Of a stretch of 64,000 nt of DNA, positions 19,746 to 29,347 are shown in pieces. Both the position numbers and the translations under genes were made by a program. Origin of the DNA: an uncultured Acidimicrobiia bacterium (GTDB lineage: Bacteria > Actinomycetota > Acidimicrobiia > Spongiisociales > UBA11373); the NCBI GenBank assembly GCA_964614095.1, contig CAZTJO010000006.1, positions 4,735 through 68,734 on the forward strand. Reading direction: 5' to 3'. Each line of letters opens with the position of its first letter. Within the stretch, counting starts at the first letter, position 1. Below the pieces are notes generated by a model, which worked only from the letters and a program-made list of their open reading frames with translations, was not told where the DNA came from and searched no databases.

Positions 19746-20660
19746 ATGGAACTCGGCTACGACGGCAAGCTCTTCATCCTTGCCTTCGACCATCGCGGCA
19801 GCTTCAAGAAGAAGATGTTCGGCATCGACGGCCGTGAACCCACCGCCGATGAGCAGGACCGGCTCAACGACGGCAAGCGGCTCGTGTGGGAGGGCCTCAA
19901 GGCGGCCGTGGAGGCCGGCGCCTCGGCAGAATCGGCCGGCGTACTCGTCGATGAGGAGATGGGCGCCGACATCGCCCGCGAGGCCAAAGAGCGTGGCTTC
20001 ACTCTGGCCATGCCGGTGGAGAAGTCTGGCCAGCCGGTGTTCGATTTTGAATACGGAGATCAATTCGGAGACCACATCGAAGATTTTGACCCCGTGTTCG
20101 CCAAGGTGCTTGTCCGCTGGAATCCGGACGACGATGCCCAGATTCGCCAGGTGCAAGGTGAAAGGCTCAAGCGTCTGGGCGACTGGCTGCACGAACGGGA
20201 CCGCAAGTACCTGTTTGAGCTGCTGGTTCCCGCGTCAAAGCATCAGCTGGCCCTTGTCGGCGGAGACAGCGGCGACTACGACTCCCATGTTCGTCCGTAC
20301 CTCATGCTCGAGGTCATCCAGGAAATCCAGGAGGCCGGTGTCGAACCGGATGTGTGGAAGATCGAGGGCATCGACACCCAGGCGGATTGTGAGCTCGTGT
20401 CCCGCCTCGTTCGCCGCGATGGACGCGACGGCGTCAGGGCCGTGGTACTCGGGCGCGGGGCCGACGATGCCAAGGTTGCGCACTGGCTGCAGATGGGTGC
20501 ACCGGTAGACGGCTACGTCGGTTTTGCCATCGGGCGCACCATCTGGTGGGCCGGCGTTGAGGCCTGGAAGGATGGCACCATGGATCGTGATCAGGCCACC
20601 GCCCTCATCGCAGACACCTACCGCAAGTTCATCGACGTCTACGAGAAGGCCGCCGGCTAG
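19746..20660 (+). CDS. DUF2090/LacD-like class I aldolase family protein (putative tagatose- or fructose-bisphosphate aldolase)
   Basis: LFILAFDHRGSFKKKMF...EPTADEQDRL parallels the ALAFDQRGALKRMM...EPTVEQIEEL N-terminus of LacD. The start is taken at MELGYDGK. Confidence 0.5.
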   Translation: MELGYDGKLFILAFDHRGSFKKKMFGIDGREPTADEQDRLNDGKRLVWEGLKAAVEAGASAESAGVLVDEEMGADIAREAKERGFTLAMPVEKSGQPVFDFEYGDQFGDHIEDFDPVFAKVLVRWNPDDDAQIRQVQGERLKRLGDWLHERDRKYLFELLVPASKHQLALVGGDSGDYDSHVRPYLMLEVIQEIQEAGVEPDVWKIEGIDTQADCELVSRLVRRDGRDGVRAVVLGRGADDAKVAHWLQMGAPVDGYVGFAIGRTIWWAGVEAWKDGTMDRDQATALIADTYRKFIDVYEKAAG

Positions 20661-20690
20661 CGCCGCACCATCCAGCACAGGAGGCTGACC

Positions 20691-21839
20691 GTGAAGATCG
20701 GAATCCTGACCGGAGGCGGCGATGTCCCCGGTCTCAACGCGTGTATCAAGGCAGTGGTCAACCGGGCCAACGACGCGGGCCATGAGGTAGTTGGCATCCG
20801 CCGGGGCTGGGCAGGTCTGCTCTACGCCGATCTCGACAACCCGGAGACGGTCGACGAGTACTTCGTGCCGCTCGACAAGAAGGCGGTGCGTACCATCGAC
20901 CGCACCGGCGGCACGATGTTGCACAGCTCGCGTACGAACCCAAGTGTGGTGAAAGAAGGCGACGTACCCGATTTCCTCGCCGACGCCGCTCGAGGACAGG
21001 CGCCGTACGACTTCACCCCACACGCCCTGAAGGTCGTGGAGGCTTTGGGCATCAACGTGCTCATCCCCATTGGAGGTGACGACACTCTTTCATACGGGCT
21101 GCGGCTTCACGACGAGGGCGTCTCGGTGATAGCAATCCCCAAGACAATGGACAACGACGTCCATGGGACCGACTACTGCATCGGTTTCTCCACCGCGGTG
21201 ACGCGTGGCGTCCAATTCATTCACAATCTGCGAACCAGCACCGGCTCACACGAGCGCATCGCCGTCGTCGAACTCTTTGGGCGCTACAGCGGCGAGACCT
21301 CGCTGATCACCGCCTACCTGGCGGGTGTAGATCGAGCCGCCATCTCCGAGATCCCCGTCGATATCCACAAGCTCGCCGGCCTTCTGGTTGCCGACAAGAA
21401 GGCCAACCCGAGCCACTACTCCATGCTCACCATCTCGGAGGGAGCGGTGCTCGAAGGAGGCGAGATGATCCTCACCGGAGAAGCCGATGCCTACGGCCAC
21501 CGCAAGCTTGGCGGCATCGGCGTGCTTGCCGGAGAGATGATCCGGCAGATCACCGGCGAGGGCATCGTCTACCAGCAGGTCGGCTATCTCATGCGCTCCG
21601 GAAGCCCAGATTCACTGGACCTCATGGTGGCCACCAACTATGCGGTCATGGCTGCCGACCTCGCCATCGAAAAGGCCTCGGGGCGTATGGTGGCCTTGCG
21701 CGGCGGCACCTACACCAATGTGCCCATCTCCGTGACTCGGGAAGGGGTCAAACGGGTAGACGTGGACGAGCTCTACGATGTCGAGTTGTACCGTCCCAAG
21801 GTCCGCCACGTCGGCGGCAAGCCCATGTTCCTCTACTGA
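20691..21839 (+). CDS. PfkA-family 6-phosphofructokinase with PPi-type signature residues (GGDD...PKTMDND)
   Basis: GTG start after an AGGAGG ribosome-binding site. [26 protein letters not shown] and IPKTMDNDV carry Asp and Lys at the E. coli 104 and 124 equivalent positions. Confidence 0.75.
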   Translation: MKIGILTGGGDVPGLNACIKAVVNRANDAGHEVVGIRRGWAGLLYADLDNPETVDEYFVPLDKKAVRTIDRTGGTMLHSSRTNPSVVKEGDVPDFLADAARGQAPYDFTPHALKVVEALGINVLIPIGGDDTLSYGLRLHDEGVSVIAIPKTMDNDVHGTDYCIGFSTAVTRGVQFIHNLRTSTGSHERIAVVELFGRYSGETSLITAYLAGVDRAAISEIPVDIHKLAGLLVADKKANPSHYSMLTISEGAVLEGGEMILTGEADAYGHRKLGGIGVLAGEMIRQITGEGIVYQQVGYLMRSGSPDSLDLMVATNYAVMAADLAIEKASGRMVALRGGTYTNVPISVTREGVKRVDVDELYDVELYRPKVRHVGGKPMFLY

Positions 21840-21850
21840 CAGGAGGCTGA

Positions 21851-22867
21851 ATGGCCGTGATCGGAGTGCTCACCGCCGGCGGTGACTGCCCCGGCCTCAA
21901 TGCCGTGATCAGAGGTGTAGTCGCCAGGGCCGTCGCCGCGGGCTCCGAGGTCGTCGGCATCCTCAACGGGTGGGAGGGCCTCATGGACGGGGACACCATC
22001 CCGCTCGATCGTGATTCGGTCCGCGGCATCCTCGCCCGCGGGGGCACCATCCTCGGCACCTCGCGCAAGGATCCCTACGTTCACGGTCAAGGCTTCGAGA
22101 GCGTGCGCCGCACGGTCCAGTCGATCGACATGGACACGCTTGTGGTCGCCGGCGGCGATGGCACTCTGAAGACTGCCCTCCAGCTCACCGAGGATGGGCT
22201 CCCCGTCATCGGTGTGCCCAAGACCATCGACAACGACATTGCCGCCACCGACTTCACGTTTGGGTTCGACACCGCGGTGCAGATCGCCACCGAAGCCATC
22301 GATCGGCTCAGCACCACGGCCGAGTCGCACAACCGCATCATTGTGGTCGAGGTCATGGGTCGGACCAAAGGCTGGATCGCCACGTATGCCGGCCTGGCCG
22401 CCGGCGCCGATGCCATCCTCATTCCCGAGTTACAGCTTGATCTCGAAGAGGTGGCAAAGGTGGTGCGGCGCCGTCACCGCAGGGGCCGCAACTACTCGAT
22501 AGTCGTTGTGGCCGAGGGTATCAAGCCGCCGAAAGAGACCAAGCTGCAGAAGGACGTTTTTGGTTTTGAGCGTCTCGGCGGAGTGGCCTACCAGGTCGCC
22601 CCCGTGCTCGAAGAGCTCACCGGCTTCGAAACCAGGGTCACCGTGCTCGGTCACCTGCAACGCGGTGGCACCCCGACGGCATTCGACCGGGTCCTGGCCA
22701 CCCGTCTCGGTGCTGCGGCGGCCGATCTCGCCATTGCCGGAGAAGGGGGAAAGATGGTGGCCCTGCGCGGCGCCAAGATTGTTCCCGTCCCGCTCGCCGA
22801 GGCCTGCACCGAGATCCGCGGCGTCGACGAGGAGCTCTTCGAGGTGGCGCGCACGTTCTTCGGCTAG
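21851..22867 (+). CDS. pfkA: PfkA-family 6-phosphofructokinase, actinobacterial ATP-type signature (GGDG...PKTIDND)
   Basis: VLTAGGDCPGLNA, VVAGGDGTLKTA, VPKTIDNDI and MGRTKGWIA. The ribosome-binding site is identical to that of the upstream paralog. Confidence 0.8.
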   Translation: MAVIGVLTAGGDCPGLNAVIRGVVARAVAAGSEVVGILNGWEGLMDGDTIPLDRDSVRGILARGGTILGTSRKDPYVHGQGFESVRRTVQSIDMDTLVVAGGDGTLKTALQLTEDGLPVIGVPKTIDNDIAATDFTFGFDTAVQIATEAIDRLSTTAESHNRIIVVEVMGRTKGWIATYAGLAAGADAILIPELQLDLEEVAKVVRRRHRRGRNYSIVVVAEGIKPPKETKLQKDVFGFERLGGVAYQVAPVLEELTGFETRVTVLGHLQRGGTPTAFDRVLATRLGAAAADLAIAGEGGKMVALRGAKIVPVPLAEACTEIRGVDEELFEVARTFFG

Positions 22868-22874
22868 AGAGGGC

Positions 22875-23807
22875 CTACTCGACGGCGTCGATGTTTCCCG
22901 TTGCCGGGTCGCCGAGAGATGCCAGCACTGAACGAAGGTCGCCGGCAAGCGGCGACGCCGCCTCAATAGGTGCCCCCGTCACCGGGTGCCGGAAGGCCAA
23001 TCGTGCCGCATGGAGGAATTGGCGCCCGGCAATCCCGTCCCGACGCCCGTACGTCGCATCCGAGACCACCGGATGCCCTATCGATGCCAGGTGCACCCGA
23101 ATCTGGTGAGTGCGCCCGGTCTCGAGCCGGACTTCAAGCAGCGTCAGCTCCGGCTCCTCCCAGAAAGCCGACACCCGATAGCCGGTGCGGGCGGGACGCC
23201 CGCCGGGGTCGATGCGCATGCGGCCTCGCCGCCGGGGATGCCGACTCATGGCGGCCTCTATCTTTCCCGTCGCCGCCTGAAACGACCCGTGTACCAGAGT
23301 CCGGTAGACGCGTTCCATCTCATGATGAGCGGCGGCCCGGCGCAGCTCCTCAAAAGCCTCCGGCAGCAGGGCGACAACCAGCAATCCCGACGTGTCCCGA
23401 TCAAGCCGATGCACGATGCCCCAGCGGTCCTCTTCGCCGACCCCGCGCACCTGCGGCCACCGCTGCAAAATCCCGGCCGCTAGCGTTCCCCGCCTCGCCC
23501 CGGCTCCCGGATGGACCACAATCCCTGCCGGCTTGTCCAGCACGGCAAGATGTTCATCCTCGTGGACGACGCTGAAGGGAACGTCTTCCGGCTGCAGGAC
23601 AGCCGCCGATACCGGCACTTCGATCTCCACGACGGCGCCTGCTTCGATGCGCCGACGGGCCGCGACCCGCTCGCCGTCGAACCGCGCCTTGCCCTCATCC
23701 ACGAGTTGGCGGGCCCGCGACCGGCTTATGTTCGCAAGCACGGCGGCTATTCGATCGGCTCGCTCGCCACCGAGTTCCGGGGGTACTTCAGCCCGTGTCC
23801 GCTCCAT
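22875..23807 (-). CDS. rluD: RluA/RluD-family 23S rRNA pseudouridine synthase
   Basis: Catalytic motif HRLDRDTSGLLVVA, and an S4-like N-terminus. The start is taken at MERTRAE. Confidence 0.85.
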   Translation of the reverse strand: MERTRAEVPPELGGERADRIAAVLANISRSRARQLVDEGKARFDGERVAARRRIEAGAVVEIEVPVSAAVLQPEDVPFSVVHEDEHLAVLDKPAGIVVHPGAGARRGTLAAGILQRWPQVRGVGEEDRWGIVHRLDRDTSGLLVVALLPEAFEELRRAAAHHEMERVYRTLVHGSFQAATGKIEAAMSRHPRRRGRMRIDPGGRPARTGYRVSAFWEEPELTLLEVRLETGRTHQIRVHLASIGHPVVSDATYGRRDGIAGRQFLHAARLAFRHPVTGAPIEAASPLAGDLRSVLASLGDPATGNIDAVE

Positions 23808-24273
23808 CGGCCTCAAGAGTATGCCGTCTGAACAGGGCGAACCCGATGAGGAGCCCGGCACCAATGGTTATGGCGCTGTCGGCCACGTTGAACGCGGGGA
23901 AGAAGCGAAAGTCGATGAAGTCGACCACTCGCCCGTCGAAGAGCCCCGCGCCACGAAAAAGACGGTCCCCCAGATTGCCCATAGCCCCGCCGAGCACCAG
24001 GCCCATGGCGATGGACTCTACGCGGCCGGGGAGCCTCCCCATCGCCATGACGATCCCGACGGTGGTGGCGATGGCGACTAGGGCGATCACGGAGCCGGCG
24101 CCGCGCAGAAGCCCGAAGGCGGCGCCCGAGTTGGTCACGTAGCCCAACTGCAGAACACCATCGATGAGCACGATCGGTTTCCCCGGAAGCGTGCTCACCA
24201 CCCACCACTTCACCAGCTGATCGACGAGCACCACCGTTCCACCAACAAGCAGCGCGGCGCGACGGGTGCTCAT
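23788..24273 (-). CDS. lspA: Lipoprotein signal peptidase II
   Basis: NSGAAFG and FNVADSAITIG motifs with four transmembrane helices. Its start overlaps the upstream gene's stop as ATGA. Confidence 0.85.
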   Translation of the reverse strand: MSTRRAALLVGGTVVLVDQLVKWWVVSTLPGKPIVLIDGVLQLGYVTNSGAAFGLLRGAGSVIALVAIATTVGIVMAMGRLPGRVESIAMGLVLGGAMGNLGDRLFRGAGLFDGRVVDFIDFRFFPAFNVADSAITIGAGLLIGFALFRRHTLEADGADTG

Positions 24274-24644
24274 CTGCGATTGGAGGCGCAATCGATACAC
24301 AGTTTTGTGTAGGGAAGCGCCTCCAGCCGGGTCACCGGGATAGCGGTGCCGCAGCCCTCACAATTGCCGTAGCCGATGCCGTCGATGCGCTCCAGCGCCT
24401 CATCGACCTGGTCCAGCAGGCTCGCCGCGTTCTCAGCCAGGGAGAGCTCCTTCTCCATCTCGAACGCCAGCGAGCCTCCTTCGGCGGTGTTCGGATCGGG
24501 ACTGCGCTCCGAGGAGGTCTCGGTGAGCCGAACCTCCTCGCGCTCTTCCTCGATCTCGCGAATGACCTCCAAGAGGCGCTCACGCTCGGATTCGAGCTTT
24601 TTGCGGAACCGCTCGAGAGTGGATTGAGCGAGATCTCTGCCCAC
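24270..24644 (-). CDS. DksA/TraR-family C4-type zinc-finger protein (YlyA-like)
   Basis: The CEGCGTAIPVTRLEALPYTKLCIDC zinc finger follows an acidic coiled-coil N-terminus. Confidence 0.75.
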   Translation of the reverse strand: MGRDLAQSTLERFRKKLESERERLLEVIREIEEEREEVRLTETSSERSPDPNTAEGGSLAFEMEKELSLAENAASLLDQVDEALERIDGIGYGNCEGCGTAIPVTRLEALPYTKLCIDCASNRR

Positions 24645-24698
24645 ATGACCTCCTGTGGCGGCCGCAGAGGCTAGCACGCCGTCACCCCATTCGGGTAG

Positions 24699-25007
24699 CT
24701 AGCGCCCGCTCAGGTCCTCTAGGGCCAGCCGCGCCTCCGTGACGCCGACGCCGGCCACGAGGATACGCTTGTGCCTGGAAGCCTCGCCGGAGAGAACCTC
24801 GCCCGACTGCCCCCCAAAAAAGCCGGCGACGAGCGACGCCGCGGCCGCGTTGGCCCGGCCCCGCTCGGGAGGCGCCGCCACCCGTACCCGCAACGCCCCC
24901 CCGTGAAGCCCGGTGATCTCGTTGCGGCTGGAATGCGGCACCACCCAGACCGCAACAACCACTCCGTCCGGAGCGGCCTGGACTACGTCGGCCGAATCAT
25001 TCACCAC
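24699..25007 (-). CDS. yggU: DUF167 (YggU-family) protein
   Basis: GLHGGALRVRVAAPPERGRANAA is the YggU signature. Confidence 0.75.
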   Translation of the reverse strand: MVNDSADVVQAAPDGVVVAVWVVPHSSRNEITGLHGGALRVRVAAPPERGRANAAAASLVAGFFGGQSGEVLSGEASRHKRILVAGVGVTEARLALEDLSGR

Positions 25008-25009
25008 TG

Positions 25010-25288
25010 CCGTAGGCTATCGCTTGCGGCTGCAGGGAGTGCGTCCGACACCCACTACGTGTGCGCTACCATCCGTCGCCACGGCCCTGATGGGGATACG
25101 CCGCCCGGAATCGGCCAACGACCAGGCGGCATCACCCCGGAGCTGCGGGAAGAACGGGCCCAATCGCCTCAGTAGAACCCGCCGGAACCCCCGCCGACAC
25201 GGGGAAGAGGAGCGGCCGCCCTGCGGGGTGGCAAGCCGGGTGGTACCGCGGGCCCCGCTCGTCCCGGCGGACGGCAACCGAGGACACC
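25010..25288 (+). promoter_or_regulatory. T-box leader upstream of ileS (tRNA-Ile sensing riboswitch, probably of the Shine-Dalgarno-sequestering translational type)
   Basis: The conserved T-box sequence GGGUGGUACCGCGGG lies at 25238-25252, and the UGGU bulge matches a discriminator A. No U-tract follows, and a GAGGA Shine-Dalgarno sequence sits 5 nt before the ATG. AUCA at about 25131 is a candidate specifier. Confidence 0.65.
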
Positions 25289-28200
25289 ATGGCGAAGCGC
25301 ACTTCCTTCAACCGAGTCTCCCCTCACGTCTCCTTCCCCGCGCAAGAAGAGGAGATCATCGACCTCTGGGAGCGGCTCGATGCTTTCGGCGTTTCGGTGG
25401 CGATGCGTCCCGAGGAGACCGAATTCACCTTCTACGACGGACCCCCGTTTCCGACGGGCACCCCTCACTACGGCAATCTGCTGGCCGGCGTGCTCAAGGA
25501 CATCGTCCCCCGGTACTGGACCATGCGAGGCCACCGTGTGGAGCGCCGCTTCGGGTGGGACACACACGGCCTTCCGATCGAAATGGAGGTCCAGGCGGAG
25601 CTGGGCCTGTCGGGCCCATCCGACATACAGGCCTACGGGGTCGGCCGATTCAACGAAGCCTGCCGCCGACGAGTCGACGCCAACACCGAGGCCTGGCAAG
25701 CCATCACCCGTCGCATCGGCCGCTGGGTCGACTTCGAAAACGACTACAAGACCATGGACCTCGGCTTCATGGAGTCGGTGTGGTGGGTTTTCAGACAACT
25801 CTGGGACAAGGGCCTCGTCTACCGCGACTTCAAGGTGCTGCCCTATTCATACGGCGCCTCCACCCCTCTCTCCAACTTCGAGGCCAACATGGACTACCGG
25901 GAGGTAGAGGACCCGTCGTTGACGGTGCGGCTGCGCGTCATCGAGGACCACCTACCGGCGGAACGTGACGACTACCTGCTGGTCTGGACGACCACCCCCT
26001 GGACGCTTCCCTCCAACCTGGCGGTGGCCGTGCGCCGGGAATCACGCTACGTGCGCATCGACGCCCCGATTCATGGCCTCGAAGGCCGCTACTGGATTGC
26101 CGCCGATCTGGTGGAGGCATTCTGGGGCGAGGAAACACCCCAGCCCTCGGCCGAAGCCACCGGGGCCGACCTGCTGGGCACCAGCTACCAACCGCCGTTC
26201 GCCTACTTCGCCGACGAGCGACAGCGTGGCGCCTTTGTCGTCATCGAGAGCGAAGACACCACAACCGACGAGGGCAGCGGCCTGGTGCACATGGCCCCCG
26301 CCTACGGCGAAGCGGACTTCTACGCGCTCCAGGCGGCCGGGATCGATTCTCTCGTCGATCCCGTGGATGCCGAGGCCCGCTTCACCGACCGGGTCCCCGA
26401 CGTCGCCGGGATGTTTGTCAAGGACGCCGATGCGGTACTGCTGGAGATGCTGCGAGAACAGGGCATCCTGGTGCAGAGCGGGACCATCGTTCACTCCTAT
26501 CCCTTCTGCTGGCGCACCGGCACTCCCCTTATCTACAAGGCAATTCCCACCTGGTTCGTCCGAGTCGAAAGCCAACGTGAGCGTATGGTCGAGCTCAACC
26601 AGCGCATCCACTGGGTCCCCGGTCACGTGGGCGAGCGCCGTTTCGGCAATTGGCTCGAGCAGGCCCGCGATTGGGCCATCAGCCGCAATCGCTACTGGGG
26701 CTCGTGCATCCCGGTATGGGAATGCCCGTCCTGCCAGGAGATGGCGTGCGTAGGCTCGATCGACGAACTCGAAAAACGATCCGGCGTTCGCCTGACCGAT
26801 CTGCACAAACACATCGTCGACGCGGTCACCTTCCCCTGCCCCTGCGGCGGAGAGATGAGCCGAGTGCCCGAGGTGCTCGACGTCTGGTTCGAATCAGGCT
26901 CCATGCCCTACGCGCAGCACCACTACCCCTTTGAGAGCACAGACGAATTCGCCCGCCGTTTCCCCGCCGACTACATCGCCGAGGGCCTGGATCAGACTCG
27001 CGGCTGGTTCTACACCCTCCTAGTGCTCGCCACCGCCGTCTTCGACGACATTCCCTTCCGCAACTGTGTCGTCAACGGCCTGATCCTCGCCGAGGACGGC
27101 CGCAAGATGTCCAAGAGCTTGAAGAACTACCCCGACCCGTTCGAGCTGATCGAGGAGTTCGGCGCCGATGCGCTCCGCGCTTACTTGATCAACTCGCCCG
27201 TCGTGAGGGCCGAGCCGCTGCGGTTCTCCAAGGCAGGCGTGCGCGATGTCGTCCGCGCCGTGATGCTGCCCCTGTGGAACGCCTACTCGTTCTTCACCAC
27301 CTATGCCTCGGCCGAGGATCTCTCGGCCGCCCATCTGACGGCTGCTCCCCCGCCGGCGGATCGCCCCGAGATCGACCGCTGGATACTCTCCGTGCTCCAA
27401 AGCCTGGTGAAGCAGGTCAACGACGAGATGGAGGGCTACTACCTCTACAACGTCATTCCGCCACTCGTCGCCTTCATCGACGACCTCACGAATTGGTACA
27501 TCCGTCGCTCTCGCCGTCGCTTCTGGCGCCGTCGCGATGCCGAGTCCGCAGCAGCCAGGATCGATACCGAGGCGGCCTTTGCGACTCTCTACGAGGTTCT
27601 CGTCACCTTCACCGAGCTCATGGCGCCGGTGCTGCCGTTCGTCACCGAAGTCCTGTACCAAGGGCTCGTCGTGAACCAGAGAACAAACAGCAGCGGACCC
27701 GCCAGCGTGCACCACGAGGATTACCCACAGGCGGTATCCGAGCTCATCGATCCGGAACTCGAGACGGCGATGGCCGTGGTTCGTTCGATCGTCACTCTCG
27801 GGCGTGGCCTGCGCCGCACTCACGGAATCCGAGTTCGGCAGCCTTTGAGCACACTGACGGTGGTGAGCCACGATGAGAAGGTGCGTGCCACCGTCGCGGC
27901 ACACACCGGCCTCATCGGTGAAGAACTCAACGTGAAGACGGTGGCCACAAGCGGAGATGAGCGGGCGCACGCCCACATCAGCGCCAAGCCGAACTACAAG
28001 CTGCTCGGCCCCCGGCTCGGAGCCCGCATGCAAGAACTAGCCGCCGCCATCGAATCGCTCGACGAGGGATCGATTGCCCGTCTTTTGGACGGTGAAGAGC
28101 TAAACGTCGGCGGTGAGGTGATCAGCCTCGACGACGTCGCCGTGGGACGCCAGCCTCTTCAGGGAGTTGTCGTCGCCTCCGACGCGCAGGTATCCGTGGC

Positions 28201-28480
28201 CTTGGACACCACCGTGACCCCGGAGCTGGCCCGGGAGGGTTTTGCCCGCGAGATAGTGAAGGTGGTGCAGGGCATAAGGCGCTCCAAGGGTCTCGATGTC
28301 TCCGATCGCATCGTGCTCGGCTGGTCGAGCAAATCGGAAGAGGTAAAGGAAGTGATGGCTCGTCACCGTGACTGGATCGCCGCCGAGGTCCTTGCCGTCG
28401 AGATCGCCGAGCGCCCCGGAGCAGGAGAGACGATTGAGGTCCAGGGCCAGACCCTCCATATCGACATAACCCCCCGCTGA
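25289..28480 (+). CDS. ileS: Isoleucyl-tRNA synthetase
   Basis: 1063 aa. The class I motifs are HYGN (HIGH-like: PTGTPHYGNLLAG) and KMSKS, and the editing domain is present. Confidence 0.95.
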   Translation: MAKRTSFNRVSPHVSFPAQEEEIIDLWERLDAFGVSVAMRPEETEFTFYDGPPFPTGTPHYGNLLAGVLKDIVPRYWTMRGHRVERRFGWDTHGLPIEMEVQAELGLSGPSDIQAYGVGRFNEACRRRVDANTEAWQAITRRIGRWVDFENDYKTMDLGFMESVWWVFRQLWDKGLVYRDFKVLPYSYGASTPLSNFEANMDYREVEDPSLTVRLRVIEDHLPAERDDYLLVWTTTPWTLPSNLAVAVRRESRYVRIDAPIHGLEGRYWIAADLVEAFWGEETPQPSAEATGADLLGTSYQPPFAYFADERQRGAFVVIESEDTTTDEGSGLVHMAPAYGEADFYALQAAGIDSLVDPVDAEARFTDRVPDVAGMFVKDADAVLLEMLREQGILVQSGTIVHSYPFCWRTGTPLIYKAIPTWFVRVESQRERMVELNQRIHWVPGHVGERRFGNWLEQARDWAISRNRYWGSCIPVWECPSCQEMACVGSIDELEKRSGVRLTDLHKHIVDAVTFPCPCGGEMSRVPEVLDVWFESGSMPYAQHHYPFESTDEFARRFPADYIAEGLDQTRGWFYTLLVLATAVFDDIPFRNCVVNGLILAEDGRKMSKSLKNYPDPFELIEEFGADALRAYLINSPVVRAEPLRFSKAGVRDVVRAVMLPLWNAYSFFTTYASAEDLSAAHLTAAPPPADRPEIDRWILSVLQSLVKQVNDEMEGYYLYNVIPPLVAFIDDLTNWYIRRSRRRFWRRRDAESAAARIDTEAAFATLYEVLVTFTELMAPVLPFVTEVLYQGLVVNQRTNSSGPASVHHEDYPQAVSELIDPELETAMAVVRSIVTLGRGLRRTHGIRVRQPLSTLTVVSHDEKVRATVAAHTGLIGEELNVKTVATSGDERAHAHISAKPNYKLLGPRLGARMQELAAAIESLDEGSIARLLDGEELNVGGEVISLDDVAVGRQPLQGVVVASDAQVSVALDTTVTPELAREGFAREIVKVVQGIRRSKGLDVSDRIVLGWSSKSEEVKEVMARHRDWIAAEVLAVEIAERPGAGETIEVQGQTLHIDITPR

Positions 28481-28490
28481 GCCGAGGCCC

Positions 28491-28742
28491 CTAGCCAAGC
28501 AAGCTGGCGACGATCCCCAGCAGCACCAGCACGATAATCGGCGACAGATCAAGGGCCGCGTTGCCCATGCGCACCGGAGGAACAAGAGCGCGCACCGGAG
28601 CCAGGACCGGTTCGGTGACGGTGCGCAGCACGCTGCGAGTGCGACCCACCGGATGATCATACGAAACGGGAATCCACTCCAGGACGATCCGCAGGAAGAT
28701 GACGAGCATGTAGACCTCTATGGCGAGGGCCACATACCTCAC
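28491..28742 (-). CDS. yggT: YggT-family membrane protein
   Basis: 83 aa with two transmembrane helices, in the canonical position after sepF. Confidence 0.75.
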   Translation of the reverse strand: MRYVALAIEVYMLVIFLRIVLEWIPVSYDHPVGRTRSVLRTVTEPVLAPVRALVPPVRMGNAALDLSPIIVLVLLGIVASLLG

Positions 28743-29347
28743 TACTGAGTCTCTCCGGAGTCGTAGTAGCCCAGACTCTCCAGACGGCGCCGTTCGTCCC
28801 GGGTGATGTTCACGTTGGCCGGAGTGACGAGGATCACCCCCTGCGCCACCTTCCGCATGGTGCCGCCCAGGGCGTAGGTCAAGCCGCTGGCGAAGTCGAC
28901 CAGCCGCCGCACCATCGCCGGCTCCACCTTGCGCAGATCCAGTATGACCGGCACGCTGGCGCGGAGATGGTCTGCCAGCTTCTGCGCGTCGGAGTAGGAG
29001 CGGGCGGTGATGACCTCAGTCTCGAGATCATTCTCGGTCACGGTGCGCACCGCAGAGGTCTCGGCCGGCGTCACAATCACGCCGGCGTCGGCAAGAGCCC
29101 CGTCGGGTACGGTGCGTCGACGCGCCGCCATCGGCGGTTCTACCCTGCGGGCGCCGCCATAGGGAGATTCGGTGGCCGGGTACTGCCGCCGCGGCCCCGA
29201 GTCCAACGACGGCGACGTGGGCTGTCCCGTGCCGTAGACGGACCCCGACCGCATCTGGACCGACTCGTCTGCGGACCCCTCGTAACCACCTTCCTCCTCA
29301 TCAACGAGGCCGAGGTAGAAGAGGGTCCTCTGCCACAAGCTTGCCAT
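28742..29347 (-). CDS. sepF: Cell division protein SepF
   Basis: The conserved C-terminal domain VITARSYSDAQKLADHLRASVPVILDL...GGTMRKVAQGVILVTPANVNI. Confidence 0.88.
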   Translation of the reverse strand: MASLWQRTLFYLGLVDEEEGGYEGSADESVQMRSGSVYGTGQPTSPSLDSGPRRQYPATESPYGGARRVEPPMAARRRTVPDGALADAGVIVTPAETSAVRTVTENDLETEVITARSYSDAQKLADHLRASVPVILDLRKVEPAMVRRLVDFASGLTYALGGTMRKVAQGVILVTPANVNITRDERRRLESLGYYDSGETQ

